Notes under the pieces: generated by a model
The model's database searches: none
Told to the model about the DNA's origin: nothing
The model's input: only the letters and a program-made list of their open reading frames with translations
Program-made: the position numbers and the translations under genes
Origin: an uncultured Chitinophagaceae bacterium
Lineage (GTDB): Bacteria > Bacteroidota > Bacteroidia > Chitinophagales > Chitinophagaceae
Assembly: GCA_964638565.1 (NCBI GenBank)
Contig: CAZXBE010000001.1
Span: forward strand, 388 to 64,387
Direction of reading: 5' to 3'
Length of the DNA stretch: 64,000 nt
Shown here: piece after piece, positions 59,860 through 64,000 of the stretch
Numbering within the stretch: position 1 is the stretch's first letter
Layout of the letters: every line of letters starts with the position of its first letter

Positions 59860-60019
59860 ATTTGTTCTATAGATTAACTATTAAACGACCATGCCTGAAA
59901 TTTTGAGTTTAATACCTCCATTTTCTCAATGTCAAGAGGAAATTTTTTCTAAAGAAAAGGATACGTGTGCTATTTCTAAAATCTCACCTTATTAAATCTC
60001 TTTGGGAAATACCATTCAA

Positions 60020-60170
60020 CCACCGCCTTTGGCGGGATAGGAAAGCCACTACAGCCTGCCGTGGCGAGTGTTTACAAGCTCTACTACCATGTTGTGCATA
60101 TTAGAGTAGGTGAAAAGCATATCAAACGAGCGTCTTGGCGATCACGCCAACGGCGTGAGAAGACATCTGC
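60020..60170. other. GC-richer hairpin-dense non-coding segment (candidate structured RNA, class and strand unassigned)
   Basis: Hairpins ccgcc-ttt-ggcgg (60023-60035), gccac-N11-gtggc (60045-60065), and gtctt..tcacgcc-aac-ggcgtga..aagac (60132-60164), inside a 576-bp gene-free gap. Confidence 0.25.
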
Positions 60171-60435
60171 ATTTAGAATAAGAACCATTATGGATTTGTA
60201 TACCTGTATTCAATACAAGAAAATTAAAATTATATTAAACCAATTCCCTATATTTGCTTATCCTTAATAAAAACTTAAGGAGGCTGTACCTACAAAAAAC
60301 ACCAGTGTTAAGCGTTTAGCAAGTAAAAAAAGATCAGATAATCATTGCGTTGTATTTGTTCTTTTATAAGAACATGTTGTTGTTTACTCTAGTTAAGTAT
60401 TTTATTTTCTGATTTTAAAAAAAGTATTTAAACCG

Positions 60436-60942
60436 ATGTTACAAAAAACTACACGGCTGTTCACAGCCACCGTTTTACTGGGTATGGTTACTATTGTGGC
60501 TTGCCAAAAGCAAGGAGATGTACAAACACAGCAACCTAAAAACATATCCTTAAATACTATTACAGCAAGCAGGGTAGATGGTATAGATTATAAAATACCC
60601 AAAGATACTGCTGTAAAATGGGGCGAACGGTTTAGAGCATTAAATGCAAGAGCGTTTAACAACCAAATGCCAACAGCGCTTACCTTGCCCATAGGCGGTA
60701 TACAGCAATTATTAGACGAGGCAGCAGCCCATAATACGGAACTAGGCGGTATACGGTTATATTTAAGCGTGAATGGTAAAGGCGGCATTACAGCCATGTA
60801 TGTACCGGTAGATAAAGACAAAAAAGAAGATATTCTCTATTATAATAATGAGGCGAATACCGCTGAATTCGATGCTCCTGGTACTAAAATACAAGCTTAT
60901 GATAGTGTTGATCCTTCTAGTATTAAGTTGGAGATAAAATAA
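60436..60942 (+). CDS. lipoprotein, unknown function
   Basis: Lipobox VTIVACQ. Visibly more G+C than neighbouring genes. No recognisable domain. Confidence 0.55.
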   Translation: MLQKTTRLFTATVLLGMVTIVACQKQGDVQTQQPKNISLNTITASRVDGIDYKIPKDTAVKWGERFRALNARAFNNQMPTALTLPIGGIQQLLDEAAAHNTELGGIRLYLSVNGKGGITAMYVPVDKDKKEDILYYNNEANTAEFDAPGTKIQAYDSVDPSSIKLEIK

Positions 60943-61270
60943 TTTCAAACTAATTGTATTATCCAAATGTATCAGTTAATAAAACTTACACAATGCATCC
61001 TATAACAATATCCATTCTATCTTGGGCGGGTCAGTTTGTTGTAATTTTTTCTCTCTTTACTTCACTTACAACTAGGGGTAGGCTTCCTACCCCACTCAAA
61101 ATAATGAGGCTGCACTTGTTATTTGCATTTTTACTTCAAGCAAGCATAACAACTTGTTATCTATTATATTTTATCCAACGTTTCCAAATACTCTGTAATG
61201 CCTATTAATATTGCCTTTTAATTTTTTCTGTGGATAAATCAAAGCAAATAAAAGTAACCAAAACACACAT

Positions 61271-61382
61271 TTGTTGTACCAATTGTTGTACCTTTGTATC
61301 AAGTTGCACCCCTTTGAAATAGCAGTGTTTACAATACTTTCATCGGTTTGCACCACTTTGTAAATATAGTACAACAACAATT
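61271..61382. promoter_or_regulatory. TTGTTGTAC repeat set upstream of the integrase (candidate arm-type, operator or att-proximal sites)
   Basis: ttgttgtacc at 61271-61280 and 61283-61292 (direct), gtacaacaacaa at 61369-61380 (inverted). Also two ttgcaccNctttgNaaat repeats at 61304 and 61348. Confidence 0.35.
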
Positions 61383-61395
61383 AAAAAATACTTTT

Positions 61396-62613
61396 ATGGC
61401 TTCAGTTAAATTGGTACTTCGTACACACCAAGAAGATGCAACAGGTCACAGCCCTTTATACATCAGGGTTATTAAAGACAGAAAAACAAAATTTATCACA
61501 GCTGGCGTAAAGCTCAAGCAAAACGAATGGGATGATGAAAAGCAAAGAGTAAAAAAGAACCATCCCAATAGTGCCAGAATGAATGCAGCTTTAATGCAAA
61601 AGTTAGCAGATGCAGAAGGGCAAGTAGCAGACCTTGAACGCAAAAGAAAATCGGTTTCTATCAAAAAATTAAAAGATGCCATCAAAGGAAAAGAAATACC
61701 AAACTTCTTTGAATATGCTTATGCAAGAATTGAAAAAACAAAAGGCAATGTTTCATATCGTACCTATGATAGCTACTTCAATTATGTAAAAAAGTTTGAA
61801 ACATTCCTGGGCAGCAAGGATGTTTATTTTGATGATATTACAGTTACCAAGCTAAATGATTATGTGGCTTATATGGGCAATGTTTCAAAGAATGGTGCAA
61901 CCACACAACACTACTCACTCAAAATACTTTCTATTATCTTCAAAGATGCTCAAAGAGAAGATGTAATTCCCGAAACCTTATATCCTTTCAGTAAAGTAAA
62001 AATCAAGAAAGACAAGGGCAAAAGATTGTTTTTGAATAAAGACCAAGTTGAGCAATTAAGCAACTTAGAAATCAATGAAAGCAGCAAGGGCAAAGTGTAT
62101 AGGGATATGTTTATTTTCTCAATTTATGCAGGTGGTTTAAGGTTTAGTGATGTGATAACCTTGCAGGTAAAACACTTCAATAAAGATGAACACAGAATTA
62201 AAAAACTCATTCGCAAAACCAATAGAGTACACCAGTTTAAAATTGGTGCAACAGCTTTGAATATTTTAGATCAATACATAAAGCCAAATGCCAGCCCAGA
62301 TGATTTTGTGTTCCCTATTATTGATGATAAAGATTTTGAGAAGAAAACAGAAGAGTATCAATTCAATGTTATTAGCAAAGCCAATCAAAATTCTACATTC
62401 TATTTAAGAAGCTATGGCAAAAAAATGGGTTTACAGTTCAACTTATCGTTTCACTTGTCAAGGCACACATTCGCAACCAATGCTTTAAATAATGGAATGA
62501 GAATAGAACACGTTAGCAAATTACTTGACCACACAGACATCAGCACCACTCAAATTTATGCAAAGATTATCAGTGAAGAATTAGACAAAGCAGTGGAGGC
62601 TTTTGTAAATTAA
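61396..62613 (+). CDS. tyrosine site-specific integrase (Bacteroidota type, with N-terminal arm-binding domain)
   Basis: MASVKLVLRTHQEDATGHSPLYIRVIKDRKTKFITAGVKLKQNEWD arm-domain pattern; catalytic region GGLRFSDV, HLSRHTFAT, LLDHTDISTTQIYAKI (R..HxxR..H..Y). Start moved to ATG 61396. Confidence 0.85.
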   Translation: MASVKLVLRTHQEDATGHSPLYIRVIKDRKTKFITAGVKLKQNEWDDEKQRVKKNHPNSARMNAALMQKLADAEGQVADLERKRKSVSIKKLKDAIKGKEIPNFFEYAYARIEKTKGNVSYRTYDSYFNYVKKFETFLGSKDVYFDDITVTKLNDYVAYMGNVSKNGATTQHYSLKILSIIFKDAQREDVIPETLYPFSKVKIKKDKGKRLFLNKDQVEQLSNLEINESSKGKVYRDMFIFSIYAGGLRFSDVITLQVKHFNKDEHRIKKLIRKTNRVHQFKIGATALNILDQYIKPNASPDDFVFPIIDDKDFEKKTEEYQFNVISKANQNSTFYLRSYGKKMGLQFNLSFHLSRHTFATNALNNGMRIEHVSKLLDHTDISTTQIYAKIISEELDKAVEAFVN

Positions 62614-62623
62614 TTTCAGTTTT

Positions 62624-62650
62624 AAAGCACTCAAAAAGGTGCTTTTTTTT
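62624..62650 (+). terminator. rho-independent terminator after the integrase
   Basis: aaagcac-tcaaaaag-gtgcttt followed by a T-run (tttttttt). Confidence 0.65.
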
Positions 62651-62895
62651 GTGTGGAAAAATCATAAAATCCATTACTGGCTTATGTTTCTAGCAGTTTT
62701 GGTAAAATATTTAGTTTTTAAAATCAAATTTTAAATTGATTGCTTTTATTTTAGCAATTGATTAATATGTATCACTTTAGAAAACAAAATTGAATTTTAA
62801 CAGATTGGTAAATGAACTCAAAACCTACCAAAACAAAATAATGCAACACACAAGTTCAATAATGTCTAATGTAATAAACAGTAACAACATTTTTA

Positions 62896-63804
62896 ATGTC
62901 GTTAAAATATCAAATAAAGGAAACAGCCCCATTCGTGGAGTTCACAGCTTTGTCTATTGACAATGCTGGCGGTAATCCTTTTGATATAATCATCACAACA
63001 GAAATCAATCTACACACATATTGCCAAGCCATTATTGATAAGGTTTTTGAGTTAAAACATTCAGACCTTGAAGCATTTATTATTTATCAAATATCAATTG
63101 CAAAACATCCTGAAAAGTGGCTCAATAAGTTTGAGAAATTAATTACACTCAACGAGCATTTATTCGATAATACCAGGAACAAAACAAAGCTTATAAAGTT
63201 GTTTGCAATTTTAGAATTGCAACGCCAAAAAATGCAATCTTCAAGCGTAATAACAACACCAAAAAAACCTGCAAAAAAGCATATCAATGCAGAAAGTGAA
63301 GAAAGATATTTTTCATTTTATGAAGTACGAAAGCAAATTGAATTATTTAAAGACGACAAAGAAAAAATCTTGTTTTTAACGAAAGAAAAATTTGAGTTTG
63401 AATCTGCTAATATTGATTTCATAAACCAACACCAACCTGATTTTGGTTTACAATGCCAAAAAGAAATTGACCATATATATCACTTGAAAAAATTAAGTGA
63501 TGAATTAGAGAAAACAAACACCTCAAACAATAACAAAGCTTTGCCATTTTCTAAACTTAAAATCAACATTCAAATAAATCAGTTAGTAGATATTTTCTAC
63601 CAATTCACAAGAGAACACTTTGTAGATGGCAAACCAATTATTGATGGTAATACAAACGACATCATTGCTTTCATTGCAAATTCATTCGTTGATAAAGATG
63701 GCAGGGAAATAAGTCCTCAAACTATTAAAACAATGCTATCCCCTTCAAAAACAGAAAAACGCCCCAAACCCCACAAGCGTATAGACATTGAAGATATGCT
63801 ATAA
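62896..63804 (+). CDS. hypothetical protein of the element (weak RteC-like C-terminal resemblance)
   Basis: 302 aa and helical. The C-terminal QLVDIFYQFTREHFVDGKPIIDGNTNDIIAFIANSF region recalls the winged-helix end of RteC-type regulators, but I cannot verify this by eye. Confidence 0.4.
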   Translation: MSLKYQIKETAPFVEFTALSIDNAGGNPFDIIITTEINLHTYCQAIIDKVFELKHSDLEAFIIYQISIAKHPEKWLNKFEKLITLNEHLFDNTRNKTKLIKLFAILELQRQKMQSSSVITTPKKPAKKHINAESEERYFSFYEVRKQIELFKDDKEKILFLTKEKFEFESANIDFINQHQPDFGLQCQKEIDHIYHLKKLSDELEKTNTSNNNKALPFSKLKINIQINQLVDIFYQFTREHFVDGKPIIDGNTNDIIAFIANSFVDKDGREISPQTIKTMLSPSKTEKRPKPHKRIDIEDML

Positions 63805-63808
63805 AACA

Positions 63809-63830
63809 AAATAGTCCTTGAGGACTATTT
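63809..63830 (+). terminator. hairpin after ORF 62896-63804 (possible terminator)
   Basis: aaatagtcc-ttga-ggactattt, a perfect 9-bp stem 5 nt after the stop. Only a short T stretch follows. Confidence 0.4.
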
Positions 63831-63893
63831 GTGGACTAAAAGACTTTTTTCATTTGCCAAGTTTTGCTTCATTAATTACTAAAAATAATAAAA

Positions 63894-64000
63894 ATGGAAG
63901 CAGTAATCTTAACCAAAGACCAATACACAGATTTATTGGCAAAAATTGACAACATCAATGCACAGCTTAATAGCAAAGCAGATGCTAAGAAAGAAACTTT
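63894..64000 (+). CDS. N-terminal part of a small element-borne protein, probably excisionase-type HTH protein (runs off the window)
   Basis: Own translation MEAVILTKDQYTDLLAKIDNINAQLNSKADAKKET resembles the coiled N-terminus preceding the HTH in Bacteroidota excisionase-family proteins. Confidence 0.35.
   Translation, partial: MEAVILTKDQYTDLLAKIDNINAQLNSKADAKKET

Larger units (their letters stand above)
61271..64000. mobile_element. left part of a putative integrative element (integrase, unassigned ORF, excisionase-like ORF); boundaries undefined, continues beyond the window
   Basis: Gene content typical of Bacteroidota integrative/mobilizable elements. No att repeat or tRNA target is visible in the window. 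Confidence 0.45.

Noticed and set aside
60020-60200. Possible RNase P RNA, tmRNA, SRP RNA or cobalamin riboswitch
   Set aside because: Only fragmentary matches were found: GGAAAGCC versus the GGAAAGUCC of RNase P; AGCCACTACAGCCTGCC versus the B12 box; GGTGAAAAG. The motifs are in the wrong order, the P4 pairing partner is missing, there is no tRNA-like 3-prime end, and the segment is too short for RNase P. It needs a covariance-model scan.
60061-60267. 68-aa GTG-started ORF in the 576-bp gap
   Set aside because: It is Arg/Lys-rich and low-complexity, spans the GC-rich hairpins and has no plausible start context. The region is better treated as non-coding (see finding).
60993-61208. Possible 71-aa hydrophobic ORF (MHPITISILSWAGQFVVIFSLF...) between the lipoprotein and the integrase
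   Set aside because: No recognisable family and weak start context. It may simply be AT-rich spacer read in an open frame, so it is kept out of the feature list.
1-64000. Search for CRISPR arrays, rRNA operons, retron-type RT genes, restriction-modification or other multi-gene defence islands
   Set aside because: I saw no regularly spaced direct repeats, and no reverse transcriptase, cas, methyltransferase/endonuclease pairs or similar. The only toxin-like gene is the solitary RhuM/Doc-like ORF.

Overview
AT-rich chromosomal segment with a clear Bacteroidota signature: a T9SS C-terminal sorting domain, a DUF5683 gene after parAB, a DUF3098 gene after ftsX, and the dcw order mraZ-rsmH-ftsL-ftsI-murE-mraY-murD-ftsW-murG-murC-ftsQ-ftsA-ftsZ without murF/ddl. 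I can support about 60 protein genes, one tRNA-Leu(UAG), one decayed IS1-family transposase and several small repeat/hairpin elements. I see no rRNA and no CRISPR array. Most of the window is housekeeping. From the left: dxr, aroE, phosphosulfolactate synthase, plsC, priA, murB, upp, a sensor kinase and queA. The complete dcw cluster spans 13.6-35.3 kb, followed by mazG and parAB. A mostly minus-strand block follows (LpoB-like lipoprotein cluster, msrB, manA, DPP-IV, ribH, pdhA). Then come recF, relA/spoT, tRNA-Leu, ftsX, an MFS transporter and an MBL hydrolase. The right end (about 60-64 kb) enters a putative integrative element with a tyrosine integrase, an unassigned ORF and an excisionase-like ORF. 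I found no convincing multi-gene novel system such as a defence island or secondary-metabolite cluster. The observations most worth a second look are these. (1) A REP-associated tyrosine transposase (RAYT), flanked by inverted GC-rich hairpins, sits between ftsA and ftsZ. (2) The dcw cluster is interrupted by six co-oriented non-dcw ORFs, several tightly abutted or start/stop-overlapped with their neighbours. (3) The queA-mraZ spacer holds two inverted triplets of 10-bp-phased GTGG boxes; one is a probable MraZ operator, the other a second, divergent set. (4) An apparent frameshift at a C5 tract lies in the ftsQ 3-prime end. (5) A RhuM/Doc-like toxin-type gene is wedged against murB. (6) A GC-richer, hairpin-dense 576-bp non-coding stretch lies next to the integrase region. 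All functional calls come from reading the translated ORFs and the DNA by eye; no database search was run.
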